Below are positions 29,455 to 63,552 of a stretch of 64,000 bases of DNA, piece after piece. This stretch comes from Amoebidium appalachense (lineage: Eukaryota; Protista; Ichthyosporea): NCBI GenBank assembly GCA_963693365.1, contig CAVNZM010000014.1, positions 7,068,001-7,132,000 on the forward strand, read 5' to 3'. The position numbers were made by a program, and so were the translations under genes. Each line of letters opens with the position of its first letter. The first letter of the stretch is position 1. Under the pieces are notes generated by a model, which saw only the letters and a list, made by a program, of their open reading frames with translations, was not told the origin of the DNA and did no database searches.

Positions 29455-32061
29455 TCAATGGAGAAATACGCCGTGGAATAAAGATAATTTATTCTTGTAT
29501 TTATTCTTCAATTCTGCCTTATTTTTAAATAATATACAAGAAAAGCTCATTTAAAAAATAATGTTTGCTCTATATATATGCATAAATATGACAATCTTAC
29601 AGATGTATCTAAGCAGTAACTAAACTCCATCTTCCACATGGCAGTAAGACGCTCTCGCGTTCGCTATAGATCACGCACTTCTAGGAGCAAGCCGCTGAGC
29701 TTAGTCCAATCGGGGCAAAATCTCTTTTGTCAACCAATTAGTGCGCTCGGCGAAATGTGCTATTCGCCTGCATGACCTTCTTCCTATTCCCGCCAGAGCT
29801 GGTAGTCCTATGGTTTTGTTTGTTATAGGATGCCACATACACTTATCTTTGTATGCTCTATGAGTCCTTCCACAAAACTTAAAAAATCACACCAGTATTA
29901 TTGATAAACGTTTATGTGCTTATTATAACTAGAAAATTCTCTAAGCCACTTAGGCTTTTGTTTACATCTTCTATTTACATTTGCGAGAAACACCTGGTCA
30001 TGTGGCTACATTCCATTATTATCCAACCAATCATGGGTGGGCCATCTTCACTTCTATTTACGGCGAATACTAAAGTAGACTCCTAAAAACAATGCATGAT
30101 AACCAGCTAATCAATAGTGACCTACGGAAAACAAATCACACAGCGATCATCAGCGATGCCATATTGCAAAGCTCCCAAAAACCAAATAACATGTAGAATG
30201 CGCTAGACTTGTGCATTGAAGCAAATTAAAAGTATTTACAAAATCAGCTACTCGTTTTATATGAGTTACATTTATGCAGGATACGGGCTCATTCCACGTG
30301 ATTGGGTCATGATACTCATTCATCACCTTCACCAATCGCACTGCCCCCTTCGCTAATATCCTCCACCTCGCGGTCCATTGGATGCAAGAGCAGTATTAGA
30401 TCGCTGCATGACTTAAACAAACAACAGAATCTTAAAACACCATATGAATAACTTTAAAACGTATCAGTTGCTACCATTGGAGGAAGTGATGATCCGAAAG
30501 CGTACACCGGGATATTTATTTTGCCGTCCAGGTGCTGCTTTTGTGACACAGCCACAAATAGCGAAATGCCCAAAAGCAGAAATGGGCAAAACACAACCTC
30601 CGCTCCCTCGCTTTTGCCCTAAATTTATTCTTTGTGAGTTCATCAAAACTTGGTGAAACATTGGTAATAAAGCTGAATCGTGCAAAGGATAAGAGTAGTT
30701 ATAATACTAAGAGAACAAAGTAGCGTGAGCGAAAGGATGAAAGAAAATCCAATTGGGATTGAAATAAAACTGAAATTCAAAGTTAAAGAGCCGTAGGAGT
30801 TCAAGAAGAATGACTACGTACCTTTTGCCTAATGGGTCTACGAGTATATAGTGTTAGCAAGTATCAAAACTTGGTTAAACACGCATATGAACGTACTCAT
30901 AACTGTATTATGCACTTTCGGCCAATGTAATGTTCTGGGTGAACGCGAATTGGTGGGGGAGAAACATCGTTAACATCGAAGACGAACAGCCAGGCTGAGC
31001 TGCCGGTAAGTTGGGCTAGTGCAGGGGAGGGTCTTGTGATGGCTAGTTACTGAGCACTTTTGCTTCTGTCTGTCGGGACGTAGGTAAGGTTGTGGGTTTC
31101 AGGGGTTTTGTATGTAGAAGTGCCTTGTAGACGCAACTACTGGTGTGGACATGTAGCCTACGAAACGTGTGCCACGATCATGAAAGCTAAGGAAGGTAAT
31201 GTCGCCATGCTATGTATGTTTGGATCTAACCACTCGCACTGCCAGGCAAGCTTATAGCTTCGATTTAAGCCACCCTTCTTTATGAAGTTCAGGGATCTTT
31301 GAAATTTCTGGGTAGTGTTTGGTGATGTGCACACTTTTGAATCTTGCGTTGTACCTCGGCTCAGGGTAGCTCTGCCATTTAGGCATGTTTTTACTTCTTT
31401 TTACGGATCTAATAACCACTAGGTTGGATTACATCGACTTATGTTTGGGGTAGTAGTCTGTAAAAGGTAGACATATGCACCAATTCTAGAAGCAGTCCAT
31501 GCCCAGCAGAACCAAGTTAAGGAATAAAGAGTACTGAGTTAACCATCCAACGACCCAGTCGTCCGAATCGTTCATGCATCAATGTCAAGTCCTTTATATT
31601 TGGCAAGGTTCCTACTCATAACATTCGGGGTTGCCTACACTGGCAGAGAATATAGCACGCACACACACACACACACACACACACGGACTCACAACAGCAT
31701 GAAAAGGGGTACTCTAATATTAGACACGTGCATGGACTGCGAGTGTCCCTTTAACTGGTTTGGAGGCCGTGAGGGAGGGGGTGGGGGGGGCAGGGGGGGG
31801 AGTGCTGAGGCAGGGATTCGTGTATTGCAACGGGAGAGGTGTTTGTACATTCTGTTTGAGGGAAAGGGGAGGCGAGCAGGACAGGAGGGATGGGTGTGGG
31901 TTTTGGGGTTGTAACCACAGGTGCTGGTGTATGTGTAAGTGTGTATCTATTTGGGAGTTCGAAGCATTATGCACGGGGAAGAGAGGGGAGGGGGGGGGGG
32001 GGGGGGGGGGGGGGGAGAGGAGGAAGCGGTAAAGGGATGGAGTGGTGTGGTAAAGGGTCTG

Positions 32062-51972
<19,911 letters not shown>

Positions 51973-52370
51973 GGGTGGTGTGTGCGTGTCCACTGAGGCA
52001 TAGGTGCACGTAGGCCTACAAAGTGTGCCGGGAGGATGGTAGGAGGCAAGGTGCAGAGGCGCAAGGCTCCCGCCCCTGTTTCGCAAACGGGGGCTCCGCA
52101 CTCGGCTGCCGTTATCTAATGACTAATAACTTTTTAAACACGTGTTCGGAGTTTTCTAAGTACATGTTGAACTGGGGTTTACGCTGTTTACTCGAGGCAA
52201 AGAGAACCAGTCTCAGGTATGGGGGGGGGGGGTTTTGCTCGGAATATCCCCTCAGCGGTATATCATGATCACGTACATAGATGTCGGGTGGTGACTATAT
52301 ATCAGGGTTTACTTTCTCTACGAGACACCATAAAGACTACAAGGAGAAATCAATTAGTTGGGGTTCCCCG

Positions 52371-52401
<31 letters not shown>

Positions 52402-52429
52402 GGGCTCCCCCTCGGGACACTCGGTATCA

Positions 52430-54045
52430 GCTGGTTGTGTGTGTGTGTGTGTTTGTGTGTGTGTGCGCGTGCGCTATAATTTTGTAGTGATGTGTTTCTC
52501 AAGCCAATCAATACATCTAATAAACAGGTCGTAGTTACGCGTGTTTAGTATAAAATCAAGGATGTTGTAATTTACAGGTAGGCTATCTTTCTGGGTGTCT
52601 GTTGTGAATGTGACGTGTGTGTGTTGCGGTATTATGTGGTCTATCAAACTACATTTGGCGATACATGACCGGTTAAACTGGTGTGTGTGTGTGTTGTTTG
52701 GGCATGCAAATGATGCCACCTTATACTTATTAGATCTCCACTGTATAGCACGTGTACAGTAAAAGCGTGGTAATTGATCAATAATACCATCAGCTAGAGA
52801 AAGACCAGTTCTACAGGAAGGTAATATGTATTTAGGTGTTATACACTTGCGAGTGCCATATTTGGCAATATGGTTGAGGCGGTCAGTATATATAAAACGA
52901 GACATAAGGCTTAGTTTTTCAAGGTGTATGCTTTCATCGGGTCTAGTGTCGTGTGGTATCTTTTTCCATTTGTTATATTGCGTGATTATCTTGTGATTGT
53001 GTACATGTTTAATAAGTAAGTGGCAGTCCAAAGTCACACACACACTATTGCGGGGTTTATTTGTATTTGTGCCCAGGGGAGAAGGGGAGAGAGAGGGGAG
53101 GAAAGAGGGGAGAGGTGAGGAGGGGACAGGTCGGATAGAGAAGAGAGGGTGGGAGGGCAAATACTTCTTTAAGCGGCTTATGTGCTTATTGAATTTCAGC
53201 GCGAGATAGGATACTCTAGCAGCTATTGGGACCAGACCATATATCGAGAGCGTTACAGGCCCAGGTTTACAACAGTTGTTAGATAGAAAGGAGGCAACTT
53301 CTGCTTCAAGGAAATTTGCCAAGGGTTTAAGCGCTCTAGTTCTCTCTTTCTTGATCCAAGCGGCGAGAAGGGGTAAACCATATTCACATGCCGGGAAGAC
53401 AAAAGTGCGAATAAATGGAAGTCTAATAGAAGGATGGAGGGGTGTGTCTTTAAAAATATTAGCCGAGAAGAAAGCTAACCGCTTACGAGCCAACTCTACC
53501 CTCTTTTCGACCATATGGGGAAACATAACACCAACAGAATCAACCGGAACACCAAGATATTTGTATTCTGGAACTATAGGTACAGGTTTAGATGATAATG
53601 TAAATGTGTGTAAATTGTTAGCTATATCAGGTACAAGAACACCACATTTGTCTATGTTAAGGATCATAAGGTTTGCCTTGCACCACTCTGACACTACATC
53701 GAACAATCTTTGCAGGCGTCTAGGGGTACGGGCAAGGAGGGACAGATCATCAGCATAGAGAAGTGCAGGCGGAAAGTTATTAATAGGGTCATCGTTTTCG
53801 GCGTAAATCTTGACAGCCAAATCATCTATAAATAGGTTAAACAAAAAGGGGCTAAGCAATGAACCCTGCAAGAGACCTCTAGTACGAGCAAAACCATATG
53901 AAAGATGCCCATTAACCACAGCTCTACCATAGGTTTGAGACAAGAGTGCTTCTAACAGAACACCAATGCAGTGTGGTACACCCCGTGCAGCAAGCTTTTC
54001 CCATAGGAGACCAGGGGAGACAGAATCGTAAGCTGCGCAGCACAA
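52430..54045 (-). mobile_element. 5'-truncated non-LTR retrotransposon (LINE): reverse transcriptase C-terminal half with a (CA)n 3' end
   Basis: Intronless 523-codon ORF 54045-52474 beginning inside the RT at AYDSV. Motifs GLLQGSLLSPFLFNLFIDD, LYADD, YKYLG and a C-terminal Cys-rich knuckle (CPNN...FNRSCIAKC). The stop codon is directly followed by a CA-repeat. Confidence 0.92.
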
Positions 54046-55427
54046 CTCAAGCCACGAAAGCCTCTCACGGTGCCACGGCAGAAGAATATTTGGGCGGGAT
54101 ATTTTATCCTATCACATCACTCTGAATGTAAACAAATATGGTTCCCAGCCTCAGTCGGAGGCTGGGTCTTTGGAGATAGAGAGGGCTCCAGCAGCTGGAA
54201 TGCGGGAACACCGTATCACTGAGGTGCTGCCAGAGGGGATACATCACCGGCTGGCTCTTGAAGGGCTGAAACACAGGAAAACAAAACATGGAATGCATTT
54301 TGTGCACCCCCTTAACCCTGGGTTGTGGACCCCGTTAACCCCTTTTATTTTTTTTTCTTTTGACAAGTAAACCGTCCACTTGTAAGTTAGACGCTAGCGG
54401 AAACTACCTTGCGCGGGTTTGAACCGGCCAAAAAGGAGAACTTAATAGGAAAGAGAGTTTTCAGAGTCTAGGATTCAGACACCAGCTGGCAAACCCCAAC
54501 TTCTTTTCTACCATCCATACTGTCACCTTCCACGTGCACCGGCGCCCGCCACCGCACCATGGCCAGACCCACTCACCCACCCGTCGCGAGGGAATTTCTC
54601 AGTATGCCGTGCATACTTGCATACATATCTTTCCGTCGAATAAATCCAGTCAAAAGAAAATTTTCTCTAGATTTCAGACACAAGCTGTCAGACCCCCAGT
54701 TTGCAGCTTCTTTTCCCAGACCTACGCAGCTGACCTACGCGTGACTAGTCGACTGATTGAATGCAATAGACCGCAGCTTCAGTTGCCATGGCGCCCGCGC
54801 AGCGGGCGCACAGACCTACTTGTACACACACTACAAAGGCACTACACACACACACACACAAACCCACACACACCACTCGGGTGCACACACACACACACAC
54901 TTTCTTTCCGCCTCTGTCTTGCTCCGTTATATTCTCTCTTTTTCTTCCGTTTCGACAGCGGTGAAGGCCTTTTCCGGGGGGGCTCTCTCAAGGCCGGGTG
55001 CTGCTGTTATTAGTTTTCGTATGCGCCTTTCGTGCAAGTGTTTGTCGACTTATTTTTCATTTATTTTTGAGCACTAGTTTGTGTGCAATAGGACTTGAAA
55101 TTAGACCTAAGACGGTGATATGATGTTGGTGATAGCTTGCGTTGTGATAGCATGCATAGCCATAATCTATATAAGGAAAGCTACGAGCTGATAGGATAAT
55201 AGCTGATAACGATACTGTTTGTGATGATTCGAAATCCTGTGTGTTTCTAGGGAGGATGGGCACAGGTGGCCCGGAGAAATATATACAACCACAAACTTAC
55301 GTAATAAATATCTAAGTTGACCAAAACTATGACACGTGTATCCATAAAATATCCGAAGTTCGCTGTCCAGTACGCGTAGGACAAATGGGATTGATAGTTC
55401 GATCATGTAATCCCTCACCCCCCCCTC

Positions 55428-55464
<37 letters not shown>

Positions 55465-55628
55465 CCCCCTTCCCCCTAACCACCCATCCACCCACCCACC
55501 ACCACCACTACCAAAACAAAGGTTTCTATTCGATGCAACATTGGTGGAGGTGGTGGTGGGTGGTTGGGTGGATGGGTGGGTGGGTGGGTGGGTGGGGGGC
55601 AGGCCGGGGGAGGGGGAGGCGGAGGGGG

Positions 55629-55674
<46 letters not shown>

Positions 55675-56693
55675 AGGACCGTTGAGAAATTAATATTGTT
55701 GAGAAACTGAAGCGAACCGATGATGCCAACCCAACAGTACAACAGTCACAGTGAAACCATAAATAAAGTGCACTGTGTTCAATATGGCCCCTTTTAGTGT
55801 TGCAGCCAACCCGTATGGCACCGGAGGTCACTGTGTAGTGATCATCTCTAACCCTAGCTAGGCTCCCCCCCCTCCCCCCCCCCCCCCTCCCTCCCCCCCT
55901 CCTACCCCTTCCCTCCCCCCCCCAACCTCCCCACACACACACAAAGTGTGCACACACTGCTCCCTGCCAGTATGATAGTGTTGTCATATATTTACCTTGC
56001 GAATTGTATCTGCACGAAGCTTCATGATTGCCTCTTCACATGTGTACACATGATTCAGAAGGGAGCAGTGTCAGGCCTAGGATCATTGTGTGTGCGCACG
56101 GTGGGGTTTATGTCTTTGGGGTGCCCCGTGTTATTGTGTCGGCACCGGCCAAAATGTGTACATGTGTTTGTGTGTTTGAAGGGGGGAAGGCCTAGGGCGT
56201 GTGCTCTCAGTGGTGACACACTGGATCATACACGTCAACAATAGACAGTCTGGCGCACAACATGCACACACGTACGCTAACACAAACACAACGCGCTGAA
56301 TATCAACACCCCGGCATTAATGGGAGTTCCCCCCCCCCCCCCCCCCCCCCAACCCCCCTCTCCCCCTTTCTTTTTCGACACCCCCCTTCCTCCTTGGGTG
56401 TCATTAATATATATGAATATTAGACCTAACTGAATCAAATGCAGGGTCAAACCTTGGCCTCCATGAAATACTTCTATGTTCCATCGAAAATCCTTTGCTT
56501 TGCAGGAGCGCGGGACCCACACGGGGGGGGGGGGGGGGGGGGGGGGGGGTGTTGCCAATACTGTTGATTCGTCGAATCGAATAAGAATGCTTTATTTAGC
56601 TTTAATTTGATTTTGTCCCATTGGGTACAAGTCATGACACGGCCATACATGGCTGCCGTGCTCTACTGGTGCTTTATTGTTTGTGTGCCCCAG

Positions 56694-57026
56694 GCGGAGG
56701 GGGTTGCTTACGAAGACGGTCAAAGCATGACAAGTCAAGTCAAGCCAAAAAGGTGTGTGTGTGTGTGTGTGTGTGTGTGTTTATGTTTGGTGTTTGTGGG
56801 GCGGAGGGGAGGGGGGAGGGGGGGGGCCTGGAGCGGACAGGGGGGAGGGGGAGAGGGGGGGGGGATGTGTTTGTGTTTGTGTGTGTGTGTGTGTGTGTGC
56901 ACGCGCGCACGTGTGTGTATGTGTGTGTGTGTGTATGTGTGTGTGCGAGCGTTAGCGTATGCATGCGTGTGCGTGTGTGTATGTGTGTGTGTGTGTGTGT
57001 GTGCGTGTGTGTGCGTGTGTGTGCGT

Positions 57027-57081
<55 letters not shown>

Positions 57082-58085
57082 ACGGTATGATGGTGTTTGG
57101 GGACGGGGGGCCTGGTGTATGCATACCGTGCTCATGCAGATTGCACGTCTGGGTCCCAGACATGCAACGTTACAAAGTGAAAAGCTCCAGCCGGTATGCC
57201 TTAATCCGCCTGCAAGCCCATGTCTGTGCGTGGACTGGGGGAACCCAGGGGGAGCGAGTAGGGAGGGGGAGGGAGGGGGCGGAGGGAGTGGAGTGTGTGG
57301 ATTTGGTACACGTGTGTATAGAGATGGTGATGGTGGGGTTGGGGTGTGTGTGTGTGTGTTGGGGGGGCGGGAGGGGGGGGGTATGGGAGGTTAGTAAGGC
57401 TTGTAGAAATTCATTAAGGAACAGTAGGGCACCAGGGGAGAGAGAGGGGGGGGGGGGGGGGGGGCGGGGAAGGGGGGGAGGGGGGAGGGAGGGAGGGAGG
57501 GAGGGAGGGAAGGTGGGAGGGAGGGTAGGAGGGACGGACGGAGGGAGGGAGGGAGGGAGAGGGAGAGAGGGAGGGAGAGAGTTTACGTTATTTCTGCAAA
57601 GCAGCGTTAACCTAGAGCTTCCTCTCCTTTTCGTTTCCTTTTGTGGGGCTGCTGGTGGTCATGGGCCCAGGAGGGGAAAGGGGGCAGGGGGCGGGGGGAG
57701 AGGGGGGGGGGGGGGATGTGGGGGGGGGGGCTTACAAACGAACAAAGTATGGGCACTTCAAAGCGGAGCTGTGGGGGAATGAGGGAAAAGAGGGGGGGGG
57801 AGGGAGGAGGGCGGGGGATGTTGTTGAGTAAGGAGTGTATTGGTAAAGGTATATGGTGGTGGTGATGGTGATGGTGGATGGATGGGTGGGGAGGGGTGGG
57901 TGAAGGGGAGGCGGGGAGGGACGGGTGGGGGAGAAGGGATGGGTGGGTGAATGGGTTGGCGGGTGGGGGGATGGGGGGGGGGGGGGGGGGGGAGGGAGAG
58001 AGGAAAGGGACTGTGCTGCACATTTATACAACGCATCATCAAGTTTCATACAGAAAAACACAGAGAGCCTTTGTACAAGAGACAG
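56694..58085 (+). other. Possible micro-exon chain of an unidentified gene
   Basis: Short AG/GT-bounded, phase-compatible islands 56694-56752, 57160-57193 and 58054-58085 read [41 protein letters not shown]. No recognisable homology. Confidence 0.2.
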
Positions 58086-58196
58086 GTCCGCTTGGAGCCA
58101 TGCGAGACGCTTACCCGTATAGCAAAGGCGAGTTTTGCTTTCTGGCCCGGTTCAGCAAGCACACCAGATCACACCCTATGTGCAGGTACAGAGAAT

Positions 58197-58440
58197 GGCA
58201 AACGTAAAAGGGATAGAAAGGCATTTATGAACGACCAGGCAAACGTAAAAGGGATAGAAAGGCATTTATGAACGACCAGAGATGAGATGGGCCCTCAAAA
58301 AGCGAGGTGCACGTAGGGGGGGTCCAAAAAGAAGAAGAGGAAAAATTACAAACGAACCCTTTGTATGCATATGAATAACACATGAAGTAGGAAACATTGA
58401 CAAACGAACCTTATGTATGCATATGAATAACAGATGAAGT
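58197..58440. repeat. Two adjacent short duplications
   Basis: ggcaaacgtaaaagggatagaaaggcatttatgaacgacca x2, then acaaacgaacc..tgtatgcatatgaataaca.atgaagt x2. Confidence 0.8.
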
Positions 58441-59188
58441 CATTTGATTTGCCGGAGAGAGAAAATGTTGGTGTTTTAGACTCAGTGAGGCCCCACTGTG
58501 AGGGCCTTGGCAAGTTAACAACTCTGGTTGTTGAACTTGTTGGTGGCCAGGGCGGATCCCCAAAAACTCGTAGGTGTGGGGCGAGTCGTTACAGAGAGGA
58601 AATATTTTTTTTAGAATGACTTTTTAGAGGAATTCTGTTTTCCAGTAATTTAGGCTTAGCGCGGCCAAGTGAAAATCTGCTACAGACATAGAACTACACA
58701 CTGTCGTATATATATATTGATTCTTAAACAATAGCCGCCAAAAGGGTATTCGGGTGTAACGACACTCCATTTTCCATAGTTACTGGTTACGCACCCATGT
58801 TGAAATAGCTTCAAAATTTCGGGGCCTGTTGGGGGCACAGTGGGGCAGCAGTAATGATACGGTCTTCCGAAGGCTTGCGGAGTGTGGCCTGGGCCGGGTG
58901 GCCTGGTCATCATCGATGCATATGACTATGTAGTTGGAGCAAACTAGTTTCACGCATACACGTGCACTTGTACCTTTGCCAGCTGGTGTCCTTTGGTCAC
59001 TTGTTGTTTTTGATTTTATTTCATCGCTTTGGCTTTTTCGAATTCGGTTATTTTGGTGGTCATGTAGCCTGTGCAGGGCTGCACGTTGCCTTCATATCAA
59101 CTGATCAATAAATCCCAGTCAAGAGAACATTTTCGGGGGCATATATACGACCCGCTGCGCTAGGGGGTTCTTGGGCGGGAAGTTTTAT

Positions 59189-59241
59189 CCAATCAAATTA
59201 TTTCAGGCTCACATTCATGTTCCGTAAATAGCCATATATGG
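59189..59241 (+). promoter_or_regulatory. Putative promoter: CCAAT box followed by CArG-type motif
   Basis: CCAAT at 59189-59193 and CCATATATGG at 59232-59241, about 270 bp upstream of the F-box ATG. Confidence 0.35.
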
Positions 59242-59508
59242 TTAATAAGTCATTCCATGTCGAATCCATGAGCCACACCTGTCACACTATGTTTTCTTGC
59301 ATTCCGACCTTTTCAAATCCCTTCATACATGTACACGGCACATGCCTGTCACTTCATGTTTCTCCTCCTCATTTTGTTGTGTAAACAAATCTTTTTTCTC
59401 GAATAGCATACTTATATACTCTGTGTGTGAGTAGGGTTACGTAGGTCGTAGTCTATATGCCCTCGTACACGTAGGGACACCTGCATCTTCCCATAGTCGG
59501 TATTCATC

Positions 59509-59950
59509 ATGGGGAAGAAAACTAGAAACCGAAGCAGGGAGAGCGAAACCGAAAACGAAACAAAAACGATGGTGCTTTGGTGCCGGGTCCCAACACCACC
59601 ACCCAAGGTATGTGTCGCGGCAATTGCTATTCTCTTCCCTTCTAATTCTCCTTAAGGGTGCATTGGCGTTGTTATTCCCATTCCAATGCTTCCATTTTTA
59701 TTTCCCGTCGTCCCAAATCAACACGTCACTATTTTTTGTGCCTCACAGTTTTCCTCGCAATCTTTTTCATTCCTCCGCACAAACATCTGCCATAGCGCCC
59801 CCCCCCCCCCCCCCCCCCCCCCCCCCCTTCCCCTCCCCCCCCACCCATCTCACCCCACCCCACCCCACCCCTCCCTTTCCCCTCCCCTCCTCCACTCACC
59901 TCCTTTTCCCAGTGCCACGTTGTTGCGGAAAATGCCTGCTACCCCCCCCC

Positions 59951-59981
<31 letters not shown>

Positions 59982-61976
59982 ACGTACACGTACATTCACC
60001 CTGGCATATCGCTTGGTTATAAGAGCTGCGCACACACCCTTTCCTGGGCGCACACAATAAATAGCCACACCCGCACGCATACAAACCCACCATACATCCC
60101 GTATCTGCCTACACAATCACCCTGTGTTGTTTTGTGAGCATTTTGGCCTTTCAACCCAGTGCCGTACGAAACCATGTATGCTTGAACATGTGTGTGTTTG
60201 CTTGTAGGTGCCAGGTGCATACACTTGTACATGCATACACCTGTGCCCCATATGCTTATGTCCTGCTGCCTTTGCGAAACTTTGCCTCACCATATGGCTC
60301 GTTGCACACACAGATGCCCTCCTACTCCATCTTCCCAACGAGCTACTCTTCCAGATTTTGATTTATTTGCCCCTTGCCAGCCGTCTGTCGTTCTCCCTCG
60401 TGTGCCGTCGATTCTGCGCCCTAGCACGTTCCCCCCAGGCAGGCCTCATCGCAATATCCCCTTTCGTACACATCACCCCCAAGGGAGGAATAGGCCCTCA
60501 TGGGAAGGGAACAGCGGGGTGATTGGTACTTTGACGTATGCAGTTTGAGTGATGTAAAGCCGTGGCATGCAGCAATCGGAGCAGTCAAGTTCCCGTTTGA
60601 GATCAAATGGGAGTGGTGGCAGTGGGACGAAGACTTAAAACAAAAACGAGAGCGTGCACTCCAGTTTTGCCGAGCAATTGCGGACCTCTCTAACATGGAC
60701 ACGGTGAAAATCTCACACGAAAGCGATTCGTCGCCCTACCGATGGCGCTCTGACTTCTGGGAAGTGACTGTGGGTGCTGCTCTTGAATCGGTGGGGGGTA
60801 GACTAAAGTCCATTGTTTTGAACACGACGGTTGATTGTGACTATGATGAGGATAGCGTTATGCGGTCGATGTGGAACAGTTGCTCTACTTTGGAGCGCCT
60901 TTATATTCCTGCCCTCAAGCCTTTGAACCAACCGGCGATCATGCAGAGCAACCAAAGCCTAAAGAGGCTCGAGTTCAACCTATCCCCATATCCCCATGGG
61001 ATATTCGCATATTGGCGGAGATACACCGGCTATCTCCGAACTTGGAGATGAAGATTACAATCGACAAGATGGATTGGTACGGGAGCAGTATCCAAAACTT
61101 AGGCGGGTTGGCGGCATGCGAGAATCTGACATGTCTGTCGGTCAGCACAGACGGAGACCATGACGGTATTGAATTGCTGGTGGTTCCGTACCTTCCTAAT
61201 TTGGAAGTGCTCGAAGTTCGGTTTGACGGGAAGGTGGATGTATCGGCAGTCGGTCAATGCCGGAACCTACGCAAAATCGACCTCGAAAGTTTATCCACCG
61301 ATGTGTTGGTTCTCGAAACGGACAGATTGGAGTACTATTCCAAGAAACTTTATGAGCCTAATTGCATCTACCGTGTGTATGACGAAACACCACCGCAATT
61401 ACGGGAAAATCCGTTCAGACGATGTGACAACTTTCCCTCTTCTCCGTCCATTTTCCTGCGGACTGGCTGGCCCCGTTTTCCAATCTCACAACACTCAACA
61501 TCATCGGAGTTTATAAATCGCGGGACTACAGAAAGAAGGCCGATTTTGGGATTGTGTTGGATGATATGCCCCTGCTTCGATGCCTGCACATTAGTTACAA
61601 GAAAGAATTCACACATCTTTTGGCACAGTCGACGCATACGCACCTGCGGCGCATGACAGTCAAAGGGTGCCGGACTCTGTGCGATGTCGGAGGAATTTGA
61701 AATGCACCAGATTGGAGGGGGTCGTGTTCATACATTGTCGGACACTCGATGATCATCGTGCAAACATCCAAGTTCCACCATCCGTTGTCCGTTTTCGGTT
61801 TGAAAATGACTGGTGGAGCTGAAAGTTGCCATTCAGAAACGGTGCCTTGGCTAGGCAAGGGTATGCACCTTCCCCCCGGGTTGTACTTCTTGAAGAGTTT
61901 GGACCCCCCCCCCCCCCTCCCCCCCTCCTCCCGCTTATCCCCCTCCCTTCCCACCTTGGCCAAAGGGTACACATAG
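59509..61976 (+). pseudogene. F-box protein (F-box plus LRR-like region), multiply frameshifted
   Basis: F-box motif LLHLPNELLFQILIYLPLASRLSFSLVCRRF at about 60320-60420, after a cacacag acceptor. Coding-like sequence continues through overlapping ORFs in different frames (60500-61051, 60871-61656) with LERLYI, LKRLEF, LTCLSV, LPNLEVLEV and CRNLRKIDL repeats. The likely first exon 59509-59607 also needs a frameshift. Confidence 0.7.
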
Positions 61977-62153
61977 GTGCACCCAAGTATGCACATACAC
62001 AGAGTGACACACACACATGCATGCCCACACATGCACACACACACAGGCACACCCCCCCACACACACGCGCGCGCGCACTCACACAACACACACAAACACG
62101 CACACGCGCACACACACACACACTCACAGGCACACGCACACGCGTACGTGCGT

Positions 62154-62231
<78 letters not shown>

Positions 62232-63488
62232 ACAAACAAGCAATATTCGATATACAGGGTCTTTTTCTTTTTCACCTCTCCAACTCCTTCTCACCCCCCT
62301 CACCCCCCCCCCCCCCTTTCCCCCCTCCCCCCCCCCCCCCCCCTCCCTTCGGGCCTATTCACAAACCCTCACCCTCCTCCAACACCTCCCCATTCCCCCC
62401 CCCCCCCCCCCCCCCAAACACACAAACACACACACCATCACCACCCCCACCTTCCTCCCCATTCTGTCCTGTACCACGGCTTAGCATGTGATCACAAAGA
62501 GGGAATGTAACGGCATGTCGTTTTTGCCGTTTTTCTGCTTGCACTTTATCTCCGATGGGCAAAGAAAGAGGGTGGGATTTTTGTAATTGCCGAAGTTTAA
62601 ACCACGTCTGGGTATCCTCTTAGGCTCTCATTTGCGTAACCCATTTGGGACCCCAGACGGACCCGGGGGGGGGAGGGGGAGGGGGGGAGGGGGGGGGGGG
62701 ATGGGGGGATGGGGGGGGGGGGGGGGGGAGGGGGAGGGGGGAAACAAACACATCTCATCATTGTGCGTACCAATTACCTTACGCTTACAGTTTCATGACA
62801 TTCACACTAACATAAAATGGCCCAAATTTCACAATTTGTACAACCTCGCACGCACACATGCACACACGCACACATGCATGCATGCAAACACACACGTACG
62901 CACTCACTCACACACGCACGCACACACACGGACACACACACGTACGGGCCAACCATCACACACACTCATTCACCCACCACCCACTCACGTCAACCACTTA
63001 CAGGCACCACATCCACATGCCAATGGGCTAAGTGTCATCGACATGGTTTTGGCCACAAATTTGGGTGTTTGCAGTGATGACGACGGGAGTGGGAGAAGGG
63101 CTTCACCATGGCGGGTTTATAAGACTAATAGGCTATAGGGTTATCACTGTGTGTGCGGATAGGTGGATATGTTGGAGGACTAGGTATATCTCGTAATTTT
63201 CGTATTCTATACATGGTTTATCATGTAAAATTCATTTTCTATACTTTTATCGCACGTTTTCTTTTGTGAGAACTCTTTTTGAATTGTAACTTTATCAATC
63301 GAAGTTCTTATTCTGAAAATATATCGTCTTAATCCTTTCTGTGTGTTTTGGTGTTGCATGTTTCTTTCATGTCTATGTAGGCCCGCCAGACCCTCCCCCC
63401 CCCCTCCCTCCCTCCCCCTCCCCCCCGCCCCCCTCCTCCCCGGACGCACACACACATCGTGTATGTACACATTTGCACGCGTATGGGT

Positions 63489-63552
<64 letters not shown>

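Noticed and set aside
54405-54432. Pol III B-box-like GGTTCAAACCC (minus strand)
   Set aside because: There is no matching A-box or cloverleaf.
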